A stretch of 64,000 bases of DNA. Source: an uncultured Oscillospiraceae bacterium (GTDB lineage: Bacteria; Bacillota; Clostridia; Oscillospirales; Oscillospiraceae). The number at the start of each line of letters is the position of its first letter. The first letter of the stretch is position 1. Position numbers and translations under genes: made by a program. Shown here one piece after another: positions 27,461 to 36,345 of this stretch. The stretch spans positions 11,769 to 75,768 of the forward strand of contig CANRBG010000002.1 in NCBI GenBank assembly GCA_947628805.1, read 5' to 3'. The notes beneath the pieces are model-generated. The model did not search any database, was not told the DNA's origin, and worked only from the letters and a program-made list of their open reading frames with translations.

Positions 27461-27563
27461 GGTGGACCCCTTTCGTCTTGTAAAAATAGGAATTTCGTGT
27501 AAAATGAGATGGTAACTGTAAACATTCTACCGCATTTTCGGAAAAACGCAAGAGGAACAGGCA

Positions 27564-28766
27564 ATGGAAAACGCCATCGGGGTGGTGGGGGAGTTCAACC
27601 CCTTCCACCGGGGCCACCGGGAGCATTTTGAAACGTGCCGGGTCCTGCTGGGACAGGACGCGCCCATCGTGTGTGTGATGAGCGGGGACTTCGTCCAGCG
27701 AGGGGAGCCGGCCTGTATAAACAAGCACGCCCGGGCGGAGATGGCGGTCCGCTGCGGCGCGGACCTGGTGTTCGAGCTGCCGCTTCCCTGGTGCATGGCC
27801 TCGGCGGAGCGGTTCGCCCTGGGGGCTGTGGGGCTGCTGGACAGCTTGGGAGCCGTGACGCATGTGGCTTTCGGCAGCGAGTCCGGGGACCTTTCGGGCA
27901 TAAAAGAGCTGGCCCGGGCCGCCGCAGACCCGGAGACATTGGCGGCGGTCAAGGGAGAGATGCGTACCGGCGCGTCCTTCGCCGCCGCCCGGGAGACGGT
28001 CCTGCGCCGGACCATGGGGGACCGGGCGGACCTGCTCCGGGAGCCCAACGACATTTTGGCGGTGGAGTATGTGAAGGCCCTGGGGGCCCTGGGGTCCCAT
28101 ATGGAGCCCGTGACCACGGTCCGGTCCGGCTCCCGCCACGACGACATGGAAAACGCCGCCGCCCCCAGCGCCAAGGCCCTGCGGGTCCGGCTGGCGGCGG
28201 GGGAGGATATCGCGGCGGACCTGCCGGCGGAGGCTGCGACGGTGCTGGCCCGGGAGCTGGCGGCGGGCCGGGGTCCCGTGACGGCGGCGAGCCTGGAGCA
28301 GGCGGTGCTGGCACGGCTGCGGGCTCTGAGCCGGGAGGCGCTGGCTGCCCTGCCGGACGCCACGGAGGGGCTGGACGGGCGGCTTTATCGGGCGATCCGG
28401 GAAAGCGGCGGTCTGGACGATCTGATGGCGGCGGTCAAGGCTAAGCGGTATCCCACCAGCCGGCTGCGGCGGATGGTCTTTGCCGGGGCTTTGGGCATCC
28501 GGGCGGATATGGCCGTGGGCACGCCCCCTTACGGGCGGCTGCTGGCAAATACGGCCCGGGGCAGGTCATTATTGCGGGAGATCAAGGACAAGGCCGCCGT
28601 GCCCATCGTGACGCGGCCCGGGGCGGTGAAGAAGCTGGCGGACGGGCCCGTCCGGGCGGTATTCGATCTCACGGCGGCGGCCCGGGACTTTTACGTGCTG
28701 GGATACGGCGCGCCGGCGGCTCGGACAGGTGGGTCCGACTGGCGGACCGGGCCGGTAACGGTGTGA
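27564..28766 (+). CDS. tmcAL: tRNA(Met) cytidine acetate ligase-like nucleotidyltransferase (YlbM/TmcAL family)
   Basis: N-terminal GVVGEFNPFHRGHREH (HxGH nucleotidyltransferase motif) and about 400 aa length are typical of UPF0348/TmcAL. Confidence 0.75.
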   Translation: MENAIGVVGEFNPFHRGHREHFETCRVLLGQDAPIVCVMSGDFVQRGEPACINKHARAEMAVRCGADLVFELPLPWCMASAERFALGAVGLLDSLGAVTHVAFGSESGDLSGIKELARAAADPETLAAVKGEMRTGASFAAARETVLRRTMGDRADLLREPNDILAVEYVKALGALGSHMEPVTTVRSGSRHDDMENAAAPSAKALRVRLAAGEDIAADLPAEAATVLARELAAGRGPVTAASLEQAVLARLRALSREALAALPDATEGLDGRLYRAIRESGGLDDLMAAVKAKRYPTSRLRRMVFAGALGIRADMAVGTPPYGRLLANTARGRSLLREIKDKAAVPIVTRPGAVKKLADGPVRAVFDLTAAARDFYVLGYGAPAARTGGSDWRTGPVTV

Positions 28767-28778
28767 CAGGGATGAAAA

Positions 28779-29849
28779 ATGGATGAAAAACTAACGCAGA
28801 TCGAAGATAAGTATTTGAAGCTGGCCGCCCGGCTGGAGGACCCGGCTTCCTATGGGGACCCGGCGGTCTGCGCCGCCCTGGCGAAGGAGCAGAAGGAGCT
28901 GGAGCCGGTGGTGGAGGCCTGGCGGCAGGTGAAGCGTCTGCGGGCGTCCGCAGATGAGGCGGAGGCCGTCCTGGCCGGGGAGGACGATCCGGAGCTGCGG
29001 ACCCTGGCCCAGGAGGAACTGGAGGCCGCCCGGGCCGCTCTGCCCGACGCGGAGCTTGCTTTGAAGACGCTGCTGCTGCCAAAAGACCCCAACGACGAAA
29101 AGAACGTGATCGTGGAGATACGCGCCGGCGTGGGGGGCGAGGAATCGGCCCTTTTCGCCGCCAGCCTCTACCGGATGTATACCATGTACGCCGAGGCCCG
29201 GGGCTGGAAGATTTCCCTGGCCAACGTCAGCGAGACGGACCTGGGCGGGATCAAGGAGATCAGCTTTATCGTGGAGGGCGCGGGCGCGTATTCCCGGCTG
29301 AAATTCGAAAGCGGCGTCCACCGGGTCCAGCGGGTACCGGAGACGGAGACCCAGGGCCGGGTCCACACCTCCACCGCCACCGTGGCGGTGCTGCCGGAGG
29401 TGGACCAGGTGGAATTCAAGCTGGACATGTCAGAGATACGCATCGACGTGTTTCGTTCCTCCGGGGCCGGGGGCCAGAAGGTCAACAAAACGTCCTCCGC
29501 CATCCGGGTCACCCACATCCCCACCGGCACGGTGGTGGAGTGCCAGGACGAGCGCAGCCAGTATAAAAACAAGGAGCGGGCCCTTTCCATCCTGGCCTCC
29601 CGCCTGGCCCAGGCGGAGCGGGACAAGCAGGATGCGGCCCGGGCGGATCAGCGGCGCAGCCAGGTGGGAAGCGGCATGCGAAACGAGCGCATCCGCACCT
29701 ATAACTTCCCCCAGGGCCGGGTGACGGACCATCGGATCGGCCTGACGCTGTATAAGATCGACGCGGTCATGAACGGGGATCTGGACGAGATCATCGACGC
29801 GCTGGTGACGGCGGATCAGGCGGAAAGGCTGAAAGAGGAAAATGGGTAA
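28779..29849 (+). CDS. prfA: Peptide chain release factor 1
   Basis: GGQ motif (SSGAGGQKVNKTSSAIR), RVQRVPETETQGRVHTS tripeptide region, 356 aa. Confidence 0.95.
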   Translation: MDEKLTQIEDKYLKLAARLEDPASYGDPAVCAALAKEQKELEPVVEAWRQVKRLRASADEAEAVLAGEDDPELRTLAQEELEAARAALPDAELALKTLLLPKDPNDEKNVIVEIRAGVGGEESALFAASLYRMYTMYAEARGWKISLANVSETDLGGIKEISFIVEGAGAYSRLKFESGVHRVQRVPETETQGRVHTSTATVAVLPEVDQVEFKLDMSEIRIDVFRSSGAGGQKVNKTSSAIRVTHIPTGTVVECQDERSQYKNKERALSILASRLAQAERDKQDAARADQRRSQVGSGMRNERIRTYNFPQGRVTDHRIGLTLYKIDAVMNGDLDEIIDALVTADQAERLKEENG

Positions 29850-31074
29850 GATAACGACAGCGTATATCCAAAACGACGAGGACCTGCCGCTGGCGGCGGA
29901 GATCCTGCGGCAGGGGGGCCTTGTGGCGGTGCCCACGGAGACGGTGTACGGCCTGGCCGGCAACGGCCTGGACCCGTCGGCGGTGGAGCGGATATACGAG
30001 GTGAAGGGCAGGCCAGCCGTCAAGCCCCTGAGCCTGATGGTGCCGGGGCCCGAGGCCATGGAGATATACGGCCGGAACGTCTCCCGGGGCGCAAGGGTCC
30101 TGACGGACGCCTTTTGGCCGGGACCGCTGACCATAGTGGTGGAGGCAGACCCGAAAATACCGGAGATCACCCTGGCCGGTGGGGCTACGGTGGGGCTCAG
30201 ATGCCCCCAGAGCGAGAAAACGCTGCGGCTGCTGCGATCGAGCGGCGTCCCCTTCGCCGCGCCGTCGGCCAATCTCTCCGGCCAGCCCAGCCCCAAGACG
30301 GCGGCGGAGGTAGCCGCCTATTTTGACGGTCAGATCGAGGCCATCGTGGACGGCGGACCCTGCACATTGGGCACGGAGAGCACCATCGTGGACATGGCCG
30401 CGCGGCCCTACCGTATTTTGCGCCAGGGGGCCCTGCCGGCCGAGGCGATCCGGCGGACCCTGGCGGATTCCCTGACAGTGGTCGGTATCACCGGCGGCAC
30501 CGGCGCGGGCAAGACCACCGCTCTGGATTCCCTGGCGGCCATGGGGGCGCTGGTCATCGACGCGGACGAGGTATACCATGACCTGTGTCGGGAAAACGCC
30601 GGCATGCTGGCGGAGATCGAGGACCGGTTTCCGGGCTCGGTGGCGGACGGGGCGCTCCAGCGGAAGAAGCTGGGGGCGGTGGTGTTTTCCGATCCCAAGG
30701 CCCTGGCGGACCTGAGCGCCATCACGGACAAGTATGTGATCGCCGCCATCGACCAGCTGCTGGCGAACCACGCCGGGGCGGGGGGCAAGTATGCGGCCAT
30801 CGACGCCATCAACCTGCTGGGCACGCCTCTGGAGGGGCGGCTCACGGCCCTGGTGGGGGTGCTGGCGCCCGAAGACGTCCGGGCGGCCCGGCTGGCGGCC
30901 CGGGACGGGATCAGCCGGGAGGACGCTCTTACCCGCATCCGGGCCCAGAAGCCCGACGGGTTTTATGAGCGGCGCTGCGACCTTATTTTGCGAAACGACG
31001 GCAGCCGGGAGGACTTCCGGCGGGCCTGCGACGAATTATTCAAAACCATCTTGGAGGATGAACAGCATGGATGA
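29842..31074 (+). CDS. Fusion protein: YrdC/TsaC threonylcarbamoyl-AMP synthase domain + dephospho-CoA kinase (CoaE) domain
   Basis: The first ~205 aa are LVAVPTETVYGLAGN...IYEVKGRP...FAAPSANLSGQPSP (YrdC). The remainder is VVGITGGTGAGKTT...VIDADEVYH (CoaE P-loop). Overlaps the prfA stop by 8 nt. Confidence 0.8.
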   Translation: MGKITTAYIQNDEDLPLAAEILRQGGLVAVPTETVYGLAGNGLDPSAVERIYEVKGRPAVKPLSLMVPGPEAMEIYGRNVSRGARVLTDAFWPGPLTIVVEADPKIPEITLAGGATVGLRCPQSEKTLRLLRSSGVPFAAPSANLSGQPSPKTAAEVAAYFDGQIEAIVDGGPCTLGTESTIVDMAARPYRILRQGALPAEAIRRTLADSLTVVGITGGTGAGKTTALDSLAAMGALVIDADEVYHDLCRENAGMLAEIEDRFPGSVADGALQRKKLGAVVFSDPKALADLSAITDKYVIAAIDQLLANHAGAGGKYAAIDAINLLGTPLEGRLTALVGVLAPEDVRAARLAARDGISREDALTRIRAQKPDGFYERRCDLILRNDGSREDFRRACDELFKTILEDEQHG

Positions 31075-32449
31075 GAAGAAAAATGAGCTCTTTTATCAGC
31101 CGAAAAACGGCTATGACCGGATCGACGCCAAAGAGCGTATCGCCTGCGAGGACTACTGCCAGGGCTATATGGCCTATCTGGACGCGGCCCGGACCGAGCG
31201 GGAGGCGGTGACCGAGGCGGTGAAGCTGGCGGAGGCGGCGGGCTTCGCGCCGCTGACAGACGGCATGGGGCCCATCCAGCCGGGCGAGAAGGTGTACTGG
31301 AACAACCGGGGCAAGAGCCTGCTGCTGGCGGTGGGCGGCAAAAAGCCCATGAGCGCGGGGTTCGTGGTGGAGGCCGCCCACATCGATTCCCCCCGGCTGG
31401 ACCTGAAGCAGCTGCCCCTTTTTGAGGACACGGAGCTGGGCTATTTCCGCACCCACTACTACGGGGGCATCAAGAAATACCAGTGGACCGCCATCCCCCT
31501 GGAGCTCCACGGCACGGTGGCGCTGAAGGACGGCTCCACGGTGGATGTGGTCATCGGCCGGGACCGGGACGATCCTCAGTTCGTGGTGACGGACCTGCTG
31601 CCCCACCTGGCGGCGGATCAGATGCAAAAGACCATGGCCAAAGGCGTGGAGGGGGAGAAGCTGTGCATCCTGGCGGGCAGCGTGCCCTATGCCGGTGAGG
31701 GGACCGACCGGGTGAAGCTGGCGGTCATGAGCCTGCTCCATGACCGATTCGGCATCACCGAGGCGGACCTGATCTCCGCGGAGCTGGAGGCGGTGCCCGC
31801 CTTTGACGTGCGTGAGCTGGGTCTGGACCGGAGCATGATCGGCGGCTACGGCCAGGACGACCGGGTCTGCGCCTACGCGGAGCTGGCGGCCATTTTGGAG
31901 ACGGATGCGCCTGAGCGCACGGCGGTGTGCATCCTGGCGGACAAGGAGGAGATCGGCTCCGTGGGCGTATCCGGCATGCGCAGCCAGGCCTTTGAGCGGT
32001 TCATCGGCCGGCTCTGCGGCGATACCTGCCCGGTGCAGGAGAGCTTTTCCAACAGCTTTTGCGTCTCCGCCGACGTAACGGCGGCCCTGGATCCCATGTA
32101 CCCGGAGGTCAGCGAGAAGCAGAACGCCGCCCGGCTCAACTACGGCGTGGGTCTGTGCAAATTCACCGGCTCCCGGGGCAAGTCCGGGGCCAGCGACGCC
32201 TCCGCGGAGATCGTGGGCTATATGCGCCGGCTGTGCGACGACGCGGGGGTGGTCTGGCAGATGTGCGAGCTGGGTAAGGTGGACCAGGGCGGCGGCGGTA
32301 CCGTGGCCCTGTACATGGCCGACCGGGACATCGATACCATCGACGCCGGCGTGCCGGTGCTTTCAATGCATGCCCCCTTTGAGACCACCGCGAAATTCGA
32401 CTGCTATATGACCTATAAATGTATGAAAGCGGCCTATAACGCCAAATAA
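31067..32449 (+). CDS. M18-family aminopeptidase
   Basis: MDEKKNELFY... with AHIDSPRLDLK, EEIGSVGVSGM and SMHAPFE motifs. ATG at 31067 overlaps the preceding gene by 8 nt; the listed start at 30791 lies inside coaE. Confidence 0.85.
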   Translation: MDEKKNELFYQPKNGYDRIDAKERIACEDYCQGYMAYLDAARTEREAVTEAVKLAEAAGFAPLTDGMGPIQPGEKVYWNNRGKSLLLAVGGKKPMSAGFVVEAAHIDSPRLDLKQLPLFEDTELGYFRTHYYGGIKKYQWTAIPLELHGTVALKDGSTVDVVIGRDRDDPQFVVTDLLPHLAADQMQKTMAKGVEGEKLCILAGSVPYAGEGTDRVKLAVMSLLHDRFGITEADLISAELEAVPAFDVRELGLDRSMIGGYGQDDRVCAYAELAAILETDAPERTAVCILADKEEIGSVGVSGMRSQAFERFIGRLCGDTCPVQESFSNSFCVSADVTAALDPMYPEVSEKQNAARLNYGVGLCKFTGSRGKSGASDASAEIVGYMRRLCDDAGVVWQMCELGKVDQGGGGTVALYMADRDIDTIDAGVPVLSMHAPFETTAKFDCYMTYKCMKAAYNAK

Positions 32450-32593
32450 TGGGGCCCCCACGGGAACGTTGTTCCCGTGGGGAGAAGGAAAAACCGTTCT
32501 GACCGATGGAGGGGCCCCGCTCGCGGGGCGCGGACATCCTCGGAACGGTTTTGACGTGATAAAAACGCCCGGAGCTGGGAAAACTGGCTCCGG

Positions 32594-33238
32594 GTGATCA
32601 TTTTGGAAGAAGTCAAAACGGAGGATATAAAGGAGCTGGGCTCCACCGCGCCGGCGGAGATACAGGTACTGACCATCATCGGCCAGATCGAGGGCCACCA
32701 GGTGCTGGGGGATGAGAACAAGACCACCAAATACGAGCATGTGCTGCCCCTGCTGGCGGCGGTGGAGGAATCGGCCAATGTGAAGGGGCTGCTGATCCTG
32801 CTCAATACGGTAGGCGGCGACATCGAGGCGGGTCTGGCCATCGCGGAGCTGATCGCCGGCATGAGCAAGCCCACCGCATCGCTGGTCCTGGGAGGCGGCC
32901 ATTCCATCGGTGTGCCTCTGGCGGTGGCGGCCAGACGCAGCTTTATCGCGCCCTCCGCCTCCATGACCATCCATCCCGTGCGTATGAACGGCACAGTCAT
33001 CGGCGTGAGCCAGACCTACGAGTACTTTGCCCGGACCCGGGAGCGGATCGTCCGGTTCGTCACGGCCAATTCCCACATCGGCCGGGAGCGGTTTCTGGAA
33101 TATATGCTCCGCACCGGGGAGCTTGCCAACGATGTGGGCAGCATCATCGACGGCCAGGAGGCTGTGGACTGCGGGCTGATGGATCAGCTGGGGAGCCTGG
33201 CGGACGCGCTGGCCTGGCTGCACGGTCAGGCAAAATGA
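32594..33238 (+). CDS. ClpP-family protease-like protein (TepA-like)
   Basis: IIGQIEGH...LLNTVGGDIEAGLAIAELI...GGGHSIGVPLA...MTIHPVR resembles the TepA/ClpP fold. The start codon is uncertain. Confidence 0.7.
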   Translation: MIILEEVKTEDIKELGSTAPAEIQVLTIIGQIEGHQVLGDENKTTKYEHVLPLLAAVEESANVKGLLILLNTVGGDIEAGLAIAELIAGMSKPTASLVLGGGHSIGVPLAVAARRSFIAPSASMTIHPVRMNGTVIGVSQTYEYFARTRERIVRFVTANSHIGRERFLEYMLRTGELANDVGSIIDGQEAVDCGLMDQLGSLADALAWLHGQAK

Positions 33239-33267
33239 AAAAACCGCCGATTTGGGCATATTAAAGC

Positions 33268-33296
33268 TTGACATTTGCGAAAAATAATGGCATAAT
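33268..33296 (+). promoter_or_regulatory. Sigma-A-type promoter for the tRNA gene
   Basis: TTGACA, 17 nt spacer, CATAAT, about 20 nt upstream of the tRNA 5' end. Confidence 0.65.
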
Positions 33297-33317
33297 ACAC
33301 ACCGTTCGATACAGCGT

Positions 33318-33391
33318 AGCGGGATTGTGTAAAGGTAGCACAGCGGACTCTGACTCCGTATGTGAGGGTTCGAATCCTTCTCCCGCTGCCA
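33318..33391 (+). tRNA. tRNA-Gln (anticodon CTG), CCA encoded
   Basis: Hand-folded cloverleaf. Acceptor AGCGGGA/TCCCGCT, D stem GTGT/GCAC, anticodon stem GCGGA/TCCGT with loop CTCTGAC, T arm GAGGG-TTCGAAT-CCTTC, discriminator G, then CCA. Confidence 0.8.
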
Positions 33392-33399
33392 CTAGAAAA

Positions 33400-33433
33400 C
33401 CCTAGAGCCGCAAGGGCTCCAGGGTTTTTCTTT
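33400..33433 (+). terminator. Terminator after tRNA-Gln
   Basis: ccctagagcc gcaa gggctccaggg hairpin (one mismatch) followed by TTTTTCTTTT. Confidence 0.7.
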
Positions 33434-33589
33434 TGTGCTTTTTACTTCTTTTGAACACCCGATTTTGACCGGTTTTGACCGGGGTGGATGTTGCAAAAAT
33501 GTTGCAAATTTTCAGCTCGCAGCCCTTGTGGTTTCCGGCTTTTTTTCCTTTTGCTGTGACAAAAAGGTGTTTTGCGCCTCTGAGGCAGC

Positions 33590-34115
33590 CGTGACCACGT
33601 CGGGGGTGGTGGAGGCAGAGTTGAAAGCCGGCACCCGGACGCTGAATTCTAAGACCACTGTCAAACGATGGTCCAAGGAATGGCTGGAGGTCTATGTCGT
33701 CACCCGCGACATCACAAAGAAATCGGCCCGGATGTACAAAGAGAAGCTGGACAAGCACATCCTCCCCGCCATAGGCGCCATGCGTCTGGCCGATGTGCGG
33801 GATACCCACCTGCGGCGGCTCCTGAATGACTGCGCAAAGACGCTTTCTTGGTCCACCGTGCAGAAGATCCGCATCATCATCCGGTCGATGTTTCGCCAGG
33901 CGCGGGTCAGCCGCCTTATCACCTACGATCCCGCAGAGACGCTGGAACTGCCAAAGGCCCCCAAAGGAAAGCGCCGGAGCATCACGGAATATGAGCGAGA
34001 GCACATCCTGGCCGTGGCCGAGACCCACCGCGCCGGCCTGTACGTGCTCATGATCCTGTACTGCGGCATTCGCCCCAACGAGGCGGCAGCCCTCCAATGG
34101 AAAGCGTTTCCGGGC
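33590..34115 (+). pseudogene. Tyrosine recombinase (phage integrase) fragment, truncated at both ends
   Basis: TVKRWSKEWLEVYV... (core-binding SAM-like domain) runs through ...LMILYCGIRPNEAAALQW (box I Arg). The frame then degenerates and stops at 34190. The HxxR and catalytic Tyr regions and the N-terminal arm-binding domain are absent. Confidence 0.7.
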
Positions 34116-34167
34116 TTTTTGATGCGCCGTCTGCGCAGGAGAGGCGTATTTGAGAAAATAATGAGAC

Positions 34168-34196
34168 TTGACTGTCCGTTTTGGCGGTGATATATT
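34168..34196 (+). promoter_or_regulatory. Sigma-A-type promoter upstream of the fibre gene
   Basis: TTGACT, 17 nt spacer, TATATT. It is followed by a 13-bp-stem hairpin (34211-34243) and RBS AAAGGAGG. Confidence 0.55.
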
Positions 34197-34332
34197 CAAA
34201 CCGTTCCATGACGCCCCGGCGGAGAATATCCGCCGGGGCGTCGCTATATCGGAAAGAGGTGGCGCGGGGCGATGAAATGAGAGGGGAATAACCCTATAAA
34301 AGACTATATTACATAGTAAAAGGAGGTATTTC

Positions 34333-36336
34333 ATGACACTGACCCAAGAGATAACACTAGACATATTCGAGGCGCCGCTGTTTGAGTACATCAACGCCAA
34401 ACAGGAGGACAACGTGAGCCGGGTCCTGGTAGCCACCATCACAGCCAACGGCCAGACGCTGAAACCGGATCACAACAAGGCCCAGGCCGTATTCCGGGCC
34501 ACCAAGCCGGACGGGACCGGGGTGATGGACCCGGCGGCCATCGGCGAGGACGGCAGGGTGACCTTCGCCCTGACGGACCAGGTGCTGGCGGTGCCCGGCG
34601 ACGTGGCGGCGGAGATCGCCATCGTGGAGGGCGACCAGATCCTGACCACCGCCACGTTCTACATCCAGGTGGAGCGGCGGCACGGCGGGACGGGCACGAC
34701 CAGCGAAAATGAGTTTTTGCTTCTGGTGGAGGCTACGAAAAAGGCGGAGACGGCGGCGGAGGGAGCTACCACCGCCGCAGAGGCCGCAAACAAGGCGGCG
34801 GGCGCGGCAAACACGTCGGCTCAGCAGGCCACCGCCGGAGCCGAGGCTGCCAACACCGCCGCCGGGGCCGCCAATACTGCCGCAGGCAAGGCCAACACGG
34901 CTACTGCCGGCGCCGATACTGCTGCGGGCAGGGCCAACACGGCAGCCGCCAATGCGGACGCGGCCACGAAAAAGGCCGATACAGCCGCCACCGGCGCTGA
35001 TACTGCAGCGGGCAAGGCCAACACGGCTGCTGCCGGCGCTGATACTGCGGCAGGAAGGGCCAACACGGCCGCTGAGGCCGCAAACAAGGCAGCCAGCAAC
35101 ACCGATGCGGCCATAAAGAACGCCCAGGACGCGACGAAGGCCGCGACCAACGCGGCGTCTGCCGCCGGGGAAGCGGCCGGATATATCACTGGGACCACTG
35201 TGACGGCCCATGAGATAGCCGCCGGGGGGAAGCCCACAGCAGCGGTCAGTGATAAGGACGGCCACTTGCATATCGATCTCGGTCTGGTCAGCGGCGCGAC
35301 CGGTCCCGTCGGCCCCAAGGGACCTCAGGGGCCCCAGGGCGCCCAAGGCGCGACCGGCCCCGCCGGCAAAGACGGGGTGTCCCCCACGGTGACTGCCAGC
35401 AAGTCCGGAAAAGTGACCACGGTCACGATCACAGACGCCAACGGGACAAAGAATCTGACGATCAATGACGGCGCGGATGGCGCGACCGGCCCCCGGGGGC
35501 CCCAGGGTACCCAGGGCGCGACCGGCCCCGCCGGCCCCAAGGGGGATACGGGTCCCATCGGCCCCCAGGGGCCTCAGGGTACCCAGGGCGCGACCGGCCC
35601 CGCCGGTCCCAAGGGGGATACGGGCCCTACCGGCTCACAAGGCCCCGCCGGCCAGCCCGGTGTATCTCCTAAAGTCAATATATCTAAAACGGGCAAAACC
35701 ACCACTGTCACCATCACCGACGCGGACGGACCCCATGTTGCCACCATACTGGACGGCGAGGACGGGGTTGGCCAGGTCACCAGCGTCAACGGCCAGACCG
35801 GGGCGGTGAAGATCGAATCGCTGCCCAATCCCCAGGCCCTGACGTTCACCGGGGCGGTGACGGAATCCTATGACGGCAGGGCGGTCAAAAGCGTGAACAT
35901 CCCGGCCCGTCCGTCCACGGCTGAGGTGTTCCTGGCGGCCCACCCGGTGGGGAGTTACTACTGGTCCAGCAACGCCACCAGCCCCGCGTCGCTGTTCGGC
36001 GGGACATGGACGCAGATCAAAGACCGGTTTGTGCTGGCGGCAGGCGATACCTACAAGGTGGGCCAGACCGGCGGCGCGGCAAGCGTCACCAGCGGCGGGA
36101 CGGGCCTGACACCGGGGCAGAATGCGCCGCACACCCATGAGGTTTCTTGGGAGTACAACGAAAACGGGCAGAAGATCTTGCCGGCTGGCACACCGGGAGC
36201 GACATGGCTTACGGATGGGGTCCGCAGATCATATGTGTGCGTTCCAACAAGTTCGGGCAGCGGTTCGCCCCACACACACAGCGTGGCTACTATGCCGCCG
36301 TATATTGTCGCCTATTGCTGGCAGCGGACGGCGTAA
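34333..36336 (+). CDS. Phage tail-fibre/baseplate-like protein: BppU-N domain, Ala-rich heptad coiled coil, two collagen (GXY) tracts, C-terminal receptor-binding-like domain
   Basis: The N-terminal ~115 aa resemble the BppU/DUF2479 N-domain. About 14-17 heptads of A[ND]TAAG[KR]. (GXY)9 at about 35293-35375 and (GXY)~20 at about 35470-35661, each followed by [23 protein letters not shown]. Also SVNGQTGAV and a C-terminal PVGSYYWS...HTH...[11 protein letters not shown]. Confidence 0.8.
   Translation: MTLTQEITLDIFEAPLFEYINAKQEDNVSRVLVATITANGQTLKPDHNKAQAVFRATKPDGTGVMDPAAIGEDGRVTFALTDQVLAVPGDVAAEIAIVEGDQILTTATFYIQVERRHGGTGTTSENEFLLLVEATKKAETAAEGATTAAEAANKAAGAANTSAQQATAGAEAANTAAGAANTAAGKANTATAGADTAAGRANTAAANADAATKKADTAATGADTAAGKANTAAAGADTAAGRANTAAEAANKAASNTDAAIKNAQDATKAATNAASAAGEAAGYITGTTVTAHEIAAGGKPTAAVSDKDGHLHIDLGLVSGATGPVGPKGPQGPQGAQGATGPAGKDGVSPTVTASKSGKVTTVTITDANGTKNLTINDGADGATGPRGPQGTQGATGPAGPKGDTGPIGPQGPQGTQGATGPAGPKGDTGPTGSQGPAGQPGVSPKVNISKTGKTTTVTITDADGPHVATILDGEDGVGQVTSVNGQTGAVKIESLPNPQALTFTGAVTESYDGRAVKSVNIPARPSTAEVFLAAHPVGSYYWSSNATSPASLFGGTWTQIKDRFVLAAGDTYKVGQTGGAASVTSGGTGLTPGQNAPHTHEVSWEYNENGQKILPAGTPGATWLTDGVRRSYVCVPTSSGSGSPHTHSVATMPPYIVAYCWQRTA
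35506..35649 (+). repeat. 72-bp tandem duplication inside the collagen tract
   Basis: ggtacccagggcgcgaccggccccgccgg... recurs at 35506 and 35578, encoding [17 protein letters not shown] twice. Confidence 0.85.
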
Positions 36337-36345
36337 AAGGAGGTA

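Noticed and set aside
27517-27530. cre-like (CcpA) site TGTAAACATTCTAC in the ackA-tmcAL spacer
   Set aside because: It lacks the central CG of the cre consensus (WTGNAANCGNWNNCW) and has poor dyad symmetry.
33435-33589. 5' part of the listed 251-aa ORF preceding the integrase fragment
   Set aside because: The translation (MLFTSFEHPILTGFDRGGCCKNVANF...) covers the AT-rich repeat region and has no integrase similarity, so it is a fortuitous read-in.
34333-36336. Diversity-generating retroelement targeting the fibre C-terminus
   Set aside because: There is no reverse transcriptase gene and no template-repeat copy of the C-terminal region anywhere in the window.
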